Shown piece after piece: positions 14,991 to 23,002 of a DNA stretch of 37,598 nucleotides (the stretch's first letter is position 1; each line of letters opens with the position of its first letter). The DNA lies in NCBI GenBank assembly GCA_035264545.1, contig DATFPZ010000219.1, positions 1 through 37,598 of the forward strand, in the 5' to 3' direction. Source of the DNA: Acidimicrobiia bacterium. GTDB lineage: Bacteria > Actinomycetota > Acidimicrobiia > IMCC26256 > JACDBD01. Made by a program: the position numbers and the translations under genes. The notes below the pieces were generated by a model. That model did no database searches, had not been told where the DNA came from, and saw nothing but the letters and a program-made list of their open reading frames with translations.

Positions 14991-16054
14991 GCCCGCGTCG
15001 GCCGCTCGACACGGTCCCCTCCCTCAAGATCAAGCTCGGCGCCGTCATCTTCTCCGCGGTCGCCGTCACGGTGTTCGTGTACTGGGTGTGCCTCAAGGCG
15101 GGGGTGTGGCCGTCGGTCAGCGGGATCATCGCCGGTTCCGTGGCGCTGGTGATGGTGAGATTCCTCGCCCGGGGGATGACGTCGCCGTTGCGGGAGATGT
15201 CCGACGCGGCCCGGGCCATGGCCAAGGGCAACTACGACCGCCGCGTGGCGGCGACGTCGCGCGACGAGGTCGGCGAGCTGGCGCGGGCGTTCAACAAGAT
15301 GGCAGCCGAGCTCGCCGAGACCGACCGCCTGCGCCGTGATCTGGTGGCGAACGTCTCGCACGAGTTGCGCACGCCCATCGCCGCGCTGCAAGCCGTCCTC
15401 GAGAACCTCGTCGACGGGGTCGAGGATCCCGACCCGCAGACGTTCCGCACGATGCTGGCCCAGGTCGAGCGGCTTGGCCGCCTCGTCACCCAGCTCCTCG
15501 ACCTGTCGAGGTTGGAGTCGGGTGCGGTGCCGCTCGAACGGAGTGAGTTCGACGTGAAGCCCGTCCTCGAGCACGCCGTGCGCGAGCAGCAGCTCCACGC
15601 ACCGGGTGTCGACGTCGCCGTCGTGGTCGAGACGCCCGGGCTCACCGCCGACGGCGATCCCGAGCGCGTGCACCAGGTCGTCGCGAACCTGCTCGAGAAC
15701 GCAGTGCGCTACACGCCCACCGGCGGACGGGTCGAGGTCCGGGCGCGGCGCGCGGCCAACGGCCGGAGCTTCGGTCACGGCTCCGCGCCGAGCTCGACCG
15801 TGACGATCGAAGTGTGCGACGAAGGTCCCGGCATCGCCGAGGTGGAAGAGGCCCGCGTGTTCGAGCGCTTCTACCGCGCCGACACCGCCCGGGCGTCGAG
15901 CCAAGGCGGCGCCGGACTCGGCCTGGCGATCGCGCAGTGGATCGTCGACCTCCACGGTGGCGACATCCATCCCGAACGTCGCGAGCCGCACGGCTGCCGC
16001 ATGGTGGTGACGCTGCCCGGAGCGGCGGCGCAACCCGAGCGAGTCCCGAACTGA
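14987..16054 (+). CDS. sensor histidine kinase, intramembrane-sensing type (2 TM, HAMP, HisKA, HATPase)
   Basis: GTG at 14987 overlaps the regulator stop as GTGA. Two TM helices are separated by only ~7 residues (KAGVWPS). It has a HAMP domain, H-box SHELRTPIAAL, an N-box LLENAVRY and a G2 box GGAGLGLAIA. The upstream part of ORF 14393..16054 is shadow. Confidence 0.9.
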   Translation: MSPRRPLDTVPSLKIKLGAVIFSAVAVTVFVYWVCLKAGVWPSVSGIIAGSVALVMVRFLARGMTSPLREMSDAARAMAKGNYDRRVAATSRDEVGELARAFNKMAAELAETDRLRRDLVANVSHELRTPIAALQAVLENLVDGVEDPDPQTFRTMLAQVERLGRLVTQLLDLSRLESGAVPLERSEFDVKPVLEHAVREQQLHAPGVDVAVVVETPGLTADGDPERVHQVVANLLENAVRYTPTGGRVEVRARRAANGRSFGHGSAPSSTVTIEVCDEGPGIAEVEEARVFERFYRADTARASSQGGAGLGLAIAQWIVDLHGGDIHPERREPHGCRMVVTLPGAAAQPERVPN

Positions 16055-16065
16055 GGAGTGCAGCA

Positions 16066-16710
16066 ATGAAGCTGTCCACGATCGACGAGGCGCTGCGCCG
16101 GATCCGCCGGGGCGAGATGGTGCTCGTCGTCGACGACGAAGACCGTGAGAACGAAGGTGATCTCACGATGGCCGCCAGCTGGGTGACCGGCGAGGCCGTC
16201 AACTTCATGCTGCGGTGGGCCCGGGGGCTCGTCTGCATGCCGTGCGACTCCGCCCGTCTCGACGAGCTCGCCATCGAGCCGATGATCCCGGACGGACGGG
16301 CGACGTGCGACACGGCGTTCTGCGTGTCGATCGATCACGCGACCGCCGGCACCGGCATCGGCGTCGAGGACCGGGCCACGACCATTCGCAAGGTCCTCGA
16401 CGCCGGAAGTCGCTCCGGCGACTTCGTGCGGCCCGGGCACGTGTTCCCGCTGCGCGCCCGCCCCGGCGGCGTCCTCGAGCGGCGCGGCCACACCGAGGCC
16501 GCGGTGGACCTCGCCCGCCTCGCCGGGCTCCCGCCGGTGGCGGTGATCTGCGAGGTGCTCCAGGACGACGGCTCACCCGCACGGTTGTCGTTCCTCGAGA
16601 TGTTCGCCGACGAGCACCGGGTGGCGATGATCTCCGTCGACCAGATCGCCGAGCACCGCCGCGAGCTCGCCGCCGCCACCGAGCGCGCCAAGGCCCCGCT
16701 GCTGTTGTAA
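16066..16710 (+). CDS. ribB: 3,4-dihydroxy-2-butanone-4-phosphate synthase (stand-alone RibB)
   Basis: Internal ATG of ORF 15814..16710, preceded by a GAGGAG RBS, 11 nt after the kinase stop. Motifs: VVVDDEDRENEGDL, FVRPGHVFPL, RRGHTEAAVDLARLAG. There is no GTP cyclohydrolase II domain. Confidence 0.9.
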   Translation: MKLSTIDEALRRIRRGEMVLVVDDEDRENEGDLTMAASWVTGEAVNFMLRWARGLVCMPCDSARLDELAIEPMIPDGRATCDTAFCVSIDHATAGTGIGVEDRATTIRKVLDAGSRSGDFVRPGHVFPLRARPGGVLERRGHTEAAVDLARLAGLPPVAVICEVLQDDGSPARLSFLEMFADEHRVAMISVDQIAEHRRELAAATERAKAPLLL

Positions 16711-16819
16711 CCGCGACGCCGGCGGTCGGCCGGCCTCGGCATCCCACCCACCCACATGCCCGGCGGCTCCGCTGCACTCCGCCGCCGACACGCCTCGGCT
16801 CGACCGCCCACCGTCGCCG

Positions 16820-17077
16820 CTACGCGCCGGCATCCTCACCCAGCTCGCGCAGGGCGGCGGCGAGGGCGGCGCGCAGCCGGCGGGCCGTGTCGGGTGCGAG
16901 GTGGCCGACGAGGCCGTAGCCCGCACGACCCTTCTCCTCGACGGTCAGCACGACGCGCAGCTCGCCGGCGCCGCACGCGTCGCAGTCGTCGGAGACGGCC
17001 ACCGCCCACGAAACCGGCGGTCGCTCGTCGTCGTCGGGAGGATGGTCGTCAACGGCGTCGTCGATCGATTTCCGCAT
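16820..17077 (-). CDS. hypothetical acidic small protein (85 aa)
   Basis: Internal ATG 17077 of ORF 16820..17368, preceded by an AGGAGAGGG RBS. The product MRKSIDDAVDDHPPDDDERPPVSWAVAVSDDCDACGAGELRVV... has very high GC3. Confidence 0.5.
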   Translation of the reverse strand: MRKSIDDAVDDHPPDDDERPPVSWAVAVSDDCDACGAGELRVVLTVEEKGRAGYGLVGHLAPDTARRLRAALAAALRELGEDAGA

Positions 17078-17168
17078 CCCTCTCCTGTCGCCGTCGCAAG
17101 CTCCGGCTCTGCTCCGGCGGTCGGCCGAGCCGCCGCCCTCCGCGCCGAGCAGCGTACGGCGAGCCGTA

Positions 17169-17372
17169 CTAGTTCGAGGATGCCTCGCCTCCGCCCAGGA
17201 CACGACAGTCGCTGCTCGGGAAGTAGATCGTCTCGTGGCCGTCGTCCCAACGCACCCGATAGTGCTCGTCGCCGCCGTCACCGGGCATGACCTCCACGAC
17301 CTCACCCTGGCGACGGGGCTGGCCGACGTGCGGGCTTTCGACGACGATCCGGTCACCGGTCTTGGCATGCAC
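17169..17372 (-). CDS. DUF1918 domain protein (67 aa)
   Basis: GTG 17372 within ORF 17169..17417, preceded by an AGGAGG RBS. VHAKTGDRIVVESPHVGQPRRQGEVVEVMPGDGGDEHYRVRWDDGHETIYFP matches the DUF1918 pattern. Confidence 0.7.
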   Translation of the reverse strand: MHAKTGDRIVVESPHVGQPRRQGEVVEVMPGDGGDEHYRVRWDDGHETIYFPSSDCRVLGGGEASSN

Positions 17373-17465
17373 GGCGAACCTCCTCTCCTCCCCGCCCCTG
17401 CCCTCCTCTCTCCTCAATACTCATACCGCGTCAAGGGCGCCGACGGAACCGCCGCGAACGGCTCG

Positions 17466-18104
17466 TCAGCGCACGAGCGAGAGCGTGAGGCCGGCCTGGC
17501 CCAGGTGGTACGTCACCATGATGACGACCGGCGCCCAGCTCCTCGATCCGACGAAGCGCGACTCGGCGATGAGCGCATCCGAGGCCATGAACAGCACCGC
17601 GCCGGCGGCGGCCAGCACGTTGCCCGAGGCGACGGCGCACGTGACCATCGCCGCGATCACCGCCATGTAGGCGATGAGCGGACCAACGAGCTCCTGGTGA
17701 CCGCCGGCGCGTGCTGCCCGGAGGAACCGCGCCCCGATGAGGCCTGCCACCGCGACCACCGGGACCGCCGCGACGAGGAGCGCGCCGGCGGAGCCCCCGT
17801 GCCGGGTGAGCCCGATCACGTACGCCACGTGGGCGAGGAGAAACGAGGCCAGCCCGGCGACGAAGCGATCGGACGGGAGCATCAAGAAGACATCGCCCGC
17901 GAGTGACAATGCGAGCGCGGCGACGAACCAGGCGCGCACGTCGCCGTGCCTCGCATCGAGCGTCAGCGCGACGCCGATCAGGGCGGCCAGCGCGGCCGGC
18001 TTGCACACGTATTCGAGCCGTTTGTCGTGGCGGGCGACTGCGAGCCAATCACCGGCCGCCACCACCGCCGCCACGACCAGCAGCGTCCACGCCCCCGCCG
18101 TCAC
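17466..18104 (-). CDS. YhhN-family membrane protein (lysoplasmalogenase-like)
   Basis: ORF 17466..18182 is polytopic with YhhN-type blocks (YVCKPAALAALI, LALSLAGDVFLML, FLLAHVAYVIGL). I prefer GTG 18104 because the longest start (18182) would abut the divergent sigma-gene ATG at 18184. Confidence 0.75.
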   Translation of the reverse strand: MTAGAWTLLVVAAVVAAGDWLAVARHDKRLEYVCKPAALAALIGVALTLDARHGDVRAWFVAALALSLAGDVFLMLPSDRFVAGLASFLLAHVAYVIGLTRHGGSAGALLVAAVPVVAVAGLIGARFLRAARAGGHQELVGPLIAYMAVIAAMVTCAVASGNVLAAAGAVLFMASDALIAESRFVGSRSWAPVVIMVTYHLGQAGLTLSLVR

Positions 18105-18183
18105 GGCCGACTGTCTAGCTCGAATGCGGTTCGACAGCTCCGCTCGCGACGAGTCGAGATGCCCCTCTACGCTGGTGCCCACG

Positions 18184-19761
18184 ATGCGGACGGATGCGGA
18201 ACTCGTCGCGTCGGCGCGGTCGGGTGATCGAGGGGCCCTCTCGGAGATCTACGACGGATACGCCGACCGCCTGTACGACCTGTGCACCTCGGTGCTGCGC
18301 GATCCCGAAGCGGCGTTCGACGCCATGGTGGACACGTTCGTGCTCGCGGCGCTCGAGCTGTACCGGCTGCGACGGCCGGAGAAGCTCGAGCCGTGGCTGT
18401 TCGCCCTGGCTCGCCAGCAGCTACTCGGGCGTGACATCCAGGTGGGCGTCGACGAGCACGCCGAGTTCGACGGCGCGAACGGCAAAGCAGCATCGGACGG
18501 CGCCGGCGCCATCGTGTGGGAGGCGGTGTCGTGGTTCCCGGGCAAGGACCGGATCTTGCTGGACCTGCACGCCCGTCAGCCGCTCGACAACCAGACACTG
18601 GCGGACACGCTGGGGGTGTCTCCTCCCCACGCGGCTGCGCTCGTGCGCGACCTCGACGAGAAGATGGGGCGCCAGCTGAGCGCCCTGCTGGTCGCGCGCC
18701 TGGCCCGTCCCGGCTGCGAGCACATGAAGAAGCTGATCGCCGGCGAGGACGAAGCGCACCCGGACAAGTGGCTGCGCCACGTCGCCGCGCACGTCGACAC
18801 GTGCCGGAAGTGCTCGCTCTGGCGTGAGGACCAGCCGGAACCCATGCAGCTCCTCGGCGAGGTGCCGGCGGAGCCGGCGCCACCCGAGGTCCGTGACGAG
18901 GTGCTGGACCGGGTCGACCTGCTGTGGTCGGTGCTCGGCCCGCCCGAGTGGACGGCGGCGGTGCTGGGCCAGCCCCCACCCGACGACGGGGCGGCGGACA
19001 CGTCCGTCTTGAGCGCGACGACCGACGCGCCCGCGGCGACGAGCGACGCGTTGACTACGCCGCCGGAGCCGACCGAGCCGACCCAGATCGCGGCCCCGGT
19101 CGAGGGCGCCGCCCCCGTCGAGGGCAGCCACGGCGAGGTCACCGAGCGGGAGTACGACGCGTACGACGAGGTCGAGAGCCTGGTGCCGCCGCCGCCCCGG
19201 CTGCGTCGCAGCGGGTTCCCGCGCTCGATGTATCCGCGGCGCCGCCTGTTGGTCCGCGCGGCGGTCGTCGCGATCGCGGCGGTGTTCGTCGCGGCCATCT
19301 ACACCGACTTCCGCGGGTTCGGCCGTGACACGCGGTCCTTCGCCTCCGAAACGAAGGCTGCCGCCCCCCGGGAGAAGAAGCCGCCCGCCGCCACCACTAC
19401 GCCGCCGACGACCGCTCCACCCGTCACCACCGTTGCACCAGGGCCCGACACTCGCGGGCCGATCGTGTACAACCTCGCGACCGTCTTCGGATGCATCGGC
19501 CCTCGACAGACCACGACATCGGCCCTGGCCAGCGTGGTCGATCCCGGGGACCACCTGGCGTCGGTGGAGCTCGTGTTCGTCGACACCCCGTCGGGCGCCG
19601 AGACACGCAAGAGGATGACGGCCTCCGGTGGGGCGTTCGAAGCACCCATCGGCCCCTACACGGCCGACGGCACCATCACGTGGCGGGTCGAGGCGTCCGA
19701 CGAGGCCGGGAACTCGTCGAACGCCGAAGGCCCGGCGGTGGCGGCGTCTGCCCTCTGTTGA
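18184..19761 (+). CDS. ECF-type sigma factor fused to a ZAS anti-sigma motif, TM helix and extracytoplasmic C-terminal domain (525 aa)
   Basis: Internal ATG of ORF 17737..19761. A sigma-2-like region (RLYDLCTSVLRDPEAAFDAMVDTFVLAA...EPWLFALARQQL) is followed by a sigma-4-like HTH (ILLDLHARQPLDNQTLADTLGVSPPHAAALVRDL). Next come C-x..-H-x3-C-x2-C (PGCEH...HVDTCRKC), a Pro-rich linker and the TM helix LLVRAAVVAIAAVFVAAIY. A Thr/Pro linker and a ~110-aa terminal domain complete the protein. Confidence 0.75.
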   Translation: MRTDAELVASARSGDRGALSEIYDGYADRLYDLCTSVLRDPEAAFDAMVDTFVLAALELYRLRRPEKLEPWLFALARQQLLGRDIQVGVDEHAEFDGANGKAASDGAGAIVWEAVSWFPGKDRILLDLHARQPLDNQTLADTLGVSPPHAAALVRDLDEKMGRQLSALLVARLARPGCEHMKKLIAGEDEAHPDKWLRHVAAHVDTCRKCSLWREDQPEPMQLLGEVPAEPAPPEVRDEVLDRVDLLWSVLGPPEWTAAVLGQPPPDDGAADTSVLSATTDAPAATSDALTTPPEPTEPTQIAAPVEGAAPVEGSHGEVTEREYDAYDEVESLVPPPPRLRRSGFPRSMYPRRRLLVRAAVVAIAAVFVAAIYTDFRGFGRDTRSFASETKAAAPREKKPPAATTTPPTTAPPVTTVAPGPDTRGPIVYNLATVFGCIGPRQTTTSALASVVDPGDHLASVELVFVDTPSGAETRKRMTASGGAFEAPIGPYTADGTITWRVEASDEAGNSSNAEGPAVAASALC

Positions 19762-19787
19762 CCCATGCCCCGCCAAGTGGCCCACGC

Positions 19788-20378
19788 TCACGGCGCCAAC
19801 CGCTCCCGCACCCACCCGTCGTCCAGGCGGCGATACCGCACGCGATCGTGCAGCCGGTTCGGCCGCCCCTCCCACAGCTCGACCTCGTCGGGCGTGACCA
19901 CGTAGCCGCCCCACGAGTCCGGCAGCGGCGGGTCGTCGCCATAGCGGGCGGCGGCCGCTTCGTATGCCGCTTCGAGCTCGGCCCGGTCGGCGACGACCTC
20001 GCTCTGGGGCGAGACCAGCGCGCTGAGGCGACTCCCGAGCGGACGGTTGCGCCAGTACGCCAGTGACTCCTCGCGCGAGAGCCGCGCGACTGTCCCCGTT
20101 GCCCGCACCTGCCGTTCGACTTCCCGCCAGTGGAACACGACCGCAGCCCGCGGGTTGTCGTCGAGGTCGCGGGCCTTCGGGCTGCGGTAGTTCGTGTAGA
20201 ACGCGAAGCCGCGCTCGTCGAAGCCTCGCAGCGACACGGTTCGGGCCGATGGCATGCCGTCGCGGCCGGCGGTTGCGATCGTCATCGCGTCGGGCTCGCG
20301 GACGCCCTCGGCCATTGCCTCGTCGATCCAGTCCCGAAACTGCACGATTGGGTCGGGATGAACGTTGCGCTCGTCCAC
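19788..20378 (-). CDS. pdxH: pyridoxamine 5'-phosphate oxidase
   Basis: ORF 19788..20453. PdxH blocks are present: EPDAMTIAT, RTVSLRGFDERGFAFYTNY, FHWREVERQVR, WGGY, ELWEGRPNRLHDR, ERLAP. The start is uncertain: GTG 20378, or TTG 20453, which would overlap the divergent VOC gene by 28 nt. Confidence 0.8.
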   Translation of the reverse strand: MDERNVHPDPIVQFRDWIDEAMAEGVREPDAMTIATAGRDGMPSARTVSLRGFDERGFAFYTNYRSPKARDLDDNPRAAVVFHWREVERQVRATGTVARLSREESLAYWRNRPLGSRLSALVSPQSEVVADRAELEAAYEAAAARYGDDPPLPDSWGGYVVTPDEVELWEGRPNRLHDRVRYRRLDDGWVRERLAP

Positions 20379-20425
20379 GCTGCCTCCCGCGCGATGCTGG
20401 TGGCCCTCGGAGTCGGGAGGGCACG

Positions 20426-20962
20426 ATGGGCTTTCACCATGTCGCGGTCGCAACTCGGAACGTCGCCGCGACCCACGCTTTCTACACGGAGGCCATGGGC
20501 TTCGACCTGGTGAAGGTCGAGGCGGCCGCGACCGATGGTGGCGGCTGGGCCCGGCACCTGTTCTACGACACGCACGGCCAAGGCCTGATCGCGTTCTGGG
20601 ACATCCACGACGACGAGAACGTCCCCACCGAGTTCGAGCCTTCGCTCTCCGCCGGGCTGGGTCTCCCGATCTGGACCAACCATCTCGCGTTCGATGCCGG
20701 CGATCTCGCCGGGATCGAGGCGCACAAGCGCCGGTGGCTCGACGCCGGGCACGACGTCGCCGAGATCGATCACGGATGGTGCACGTCGATCTACGCGGTC
20801 GACCCCAACGGGACGCTGGTGGAGTTCTGTGCGACCACGAAGCCCTTCACGGACGCCGACCGCGAGGACGCGCAGCGGATGTTGACCGAGGCGAATCCGC
20901 CGCTCAAGGAAGCGCCGGCACCGACGTTCCACCAGGCTCAGAAGACCGTCGCCACCACCTAG
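20426..20962 (+). CDS. VOC (glyoxalase/bleomycin-resistance/dioxygenase) family protein
   Basis: Internal ATG of ORF 20063..20962, preceded by a GGGAGGG RBS. MGFHHVAVATRNVAATHAFYTEAMGF... and HLAFDAGD...DPNGTLVEF are typical paired beta-alpha-beta-beta-beta modules. Confidence 0.8.
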   Translation: MGFHHVAVATRNVAATHAFYTEAMGFDLVKVEAAATDGGGWARHLFYDTHGQGLIAFWDIHDDENVPTEFEPSLSAGLGLPIWTNHLAFDAGDLAGIEAHKRRWLDAGHDVAEIDHGWCTSIYAVDPNGTLVEFCATTKPFTDADREDAQRMLTEANPPLKEAPAPTFHQAQKTVATT

Positions 20963-20972
20963 ACGTTCGCGC

Positions 20973-22193
20973 ATGGCCCGGACCACGCGCGTCGGCCGCT
21001 ACGACAACCCGTACGCGGTCGCGGAGTGGAGCCGCCCGCCACCTACCGGGACGGTCTGTGAGCCGCTCGTGCTCGAGACGGCCGACCGGGCGGTCGCCGG
21101 CGGATGGCTGTACGCACGCGGCGGCGAGACCACCGCCGTGCTGCTCGTCCACCCGCGGGCGAACTTCTCGCACCACTACGCCGTCCCCGGGTTGGTCGAT
21201 GCCGGGTACGCGGTGCTGTGCCTCAACACGCGTTGGCTGAACAACGACTCGACCCTGCTCCACGAGGTCGTCCTCCTCGACGTGGCCGCGGGCGTGGCCG
21301 CACTGCGAAAGCGCTACGACCGCGTCGTGATGTGCGGAAACTCGGGCGGCGGCTCGCTGCTCACGTTCTACGTGCAGCAGTCGAGCGCCACCGGGGCACG
21401 CCTGAAGGACACCGCGGCGGGCGATCCGTTCGACCTCGACCGCTTCGACCTGCCGCCCGCCGACGCCATGGTGTACCTCGCCGCGCACGTCGGCGAGGGC
21501 TTCTACCTGCTGCGTGCCATCGACGCCTCCGTGACCGACGAGAACGACCCGGTGTCGTGCGACCCCGCACTCGACCTGTACGACCCCGCCAACGGGTTCG
21601 TCGAACCACCTGGCGACACGCGGTACGAACCCGAGTTCGTGAAGCGCTACCGCGATGCGCAGCGAGCCCGCGTCGAGCGCCTCGACGCGCTGGCGCGGGA
21701 ACGAGTGGCGCGGCGGCGCGAGGCACGCGCGCGGTGGGACCAGTCCGGATCGGTCGGCGATCGCCGGCGCTCGATCGCCACCGACTTCCTCACCGTGTAC
21801 CGCACCGACGCCGACCCGCGCTTCGTGGACCTCTCGCTGGACCCGTCACGGCGCACCGTCGGCTCGCTGTGGGGTGTGCGCCCCGACTGGATCAACTACG
21901 GCGCCGTGGGGTTCGGCCGGATCGTGTCGCCGGAGGCGTGGCTGTCGACGTGGTCGGGCTTGTCGTCGCGGGCGTCGATCGAACGTACCGGTCCCGGGAT
22001 GACGCTTCCCGCGCTCGTCGTGAGCTACTCGGGCGACCACGGCATCTTCCCGTCCGACACCGACCTGATCGCAACATCGCTCGCGGCGCCCCGCGTCGAC
22101 CGCGTCGAGATCGACTCCGACCATTACGGTCTGCCCACCGGCCGCGACGAGGCTGTCCTCGCCATCGCCGACTGGATCGACGCCACCGGCTGA
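20973..22193 (+). CDS. alpha/beta-fold hydrolase
   Basis: 406-aa ORF with the nucleophile elbow GNSGGG after VVMC, the HP oxyanion-like LLVHPR and a C-terminal SDHYG (His). Its function is unknown. Confidence 0.75.
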   Translation: MARTTRVGRYDNPYAVAEWSRPPPTGTVCEPLVLETADRAVAGGWLYARGGETTAVLLVHPRANFSHHYAVPGLVDAGYAVLCLNTRWLNNDSTLLHEVVLLDVAAGVAALRKRYDRVVMCGNSGGGSLLTFYVQQSSATGARLKDTAAGDPFDLDRFDLPPADAMVYLAAHVGEGFYLLRAIDASVTDENDPVSCDPALDLYDPANGFVEPPGDTRYEPEFVKRYRDAQRARVERLDALARERVARRREARARWDQSGSVGDRRRSIATDFLTVYRTDADPRFVDLSLDPSRRTVGSLWGVRPDWINYGAVGFGRIVSPEAWLSTWSGLSSRASIERTGPGMTLPALVVSYSGDHGIFPSDTDLIATSLAAPRVDRVEIDSDHYGLPTGRDEAVLAIADWIDATG

Positions 22194-22198
22194 CGGGT

Positions 22199-22864
22199 CT
22201 AGACGCGCGTGTCGTCGGTGGACGGGAAACGGAACATCTCGAACAGGCGCTCGGCGTCGGCGTGATCGCCTTCCAGGCACATGCGGCCCGAGCTGATCGC
22301 GGCGTCGACGTCCATCGACCCGGTGAGCAGCTCGCTCATGACGCCAAGTGCGGCCTCGATCACGACGTCCGGCTCCTGCGACGATGACGCCGGGATCGAC
22401 GCCTTTCCGCCCTTGACTGCGATGCGAAGGGACTTGCCGCCGATCCTCAACTCGTACACGCGCTGCGGTCCGCGCGCCTTCTCCGGATGGAAGGCACCGC
22501 GCAACGCGAGCGCCAGCGAGTCCATGCTGATGAAGTCGCCCTTCTCGGGCCCGCGCAGCCCCTTGGCGCCCCAGAACCCGAGTTGCAGCACGACCCCCTC
22601 CAGCTCGAGGCCGTACTCGGTGAGCGCATAGACGACGCCGCCACCCGGGCGATCTTGCACCTGCCGCTGCACGATCCCGGCCTCCTCGAGCTCGCGGAGC
22701 CGGGACGTCAACACGTTCGTGGGAATCCCGGGCAGGCCCTCCTGCAGCTCCCCGAAGCGCTTCGGCCCCGTGAGGAGATCACGCACGACGAGGAGAGCCC
22801 ACCGCCCGCCCACCACGTCGAGCGCGCGGGCCACACCGCAGTACTGCCCGTAGCCACGTGTCAC
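22199..22864 (-). CDS. HxlR-family winged-helix regulator fused to a C-terminal SCP2-like domain
   Basis: ORF 22199..22918 (TTG). I prefer GTG 22864 (VTRGYGQYCGVARALDVVGGRWALLVVRDLLTGPKRFGELQ...). The HxlR core is followed by a ~110-aa SCP2-type tail (...CLEGDHADAERLFEMF). Confidence 0.8.
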   Translation of the reverse strand: MTRGYGQYCGVARALDVVGGRWALLVVRDLLTGPKRFGELQEGLPGIPTNVLTSRLRELEEAGIVQRQVQDRPGGGVVYALTEYGLELEGVVLQLGFWGAKGLRGPEKGDFISMDSLALALRGAFHPEKARGPQRVYELRIGGKSLRIAVKGGKASIPASSSQEPDVVIEAALGVMSELLTGSMDVDAAISSGRMCLEGDHADAERLFEMFRFPSTDDTRV

Positions 22865-22904
22865 ACCACGAGTATGCCCGGCTCCCTTGACTTTCGCAAG
22901 GTTA

Positions 22905-22919
22905 CTTGCTAAAAGCAAG
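22905..22919. promoter_or_regulatory. candidate operator palindrome in the divergent HxlR/MFS promoter region
   Basis: CTTGCT-AAA-AGCAAG is a perfect 6+6 inverted repeat. It lies in the lowest-GC stretch between the two divergent genes. Confidence 0.4.
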
Positions 22920-23002
22920 GCAGCTGGTTTGAAGCAACGAGCGTGTCGATTCGGCGGTCTCCCGTTCGTCGTCTTGGCAAACCCCGGAGTGAGGAGAGCG
23001 AG

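Noticed and set aside
17154-17169. GTACGGC-GA-GCCGTAC palindrome abutting the DUF1918 stop codon, considered as an intrinsic terminator.
   Set aside because: The stem is short with a 2-nt centre and there is no U-tract. It is plausible but too weak to list as a feature.
19093-19128. 18-nt tandem duplication (GCCCCGGTCGAGGGCGCC / GCCCCCGTCGAGGGCAGC) in the sigma-fusion gene.
   Set aside because: There are only two units, they are in frame (APVEGA/APVEGS), and they sit within a Pro/Ala-rich linker. This is ordinary slippage in a low-complexity spacer and is not a separate feature.
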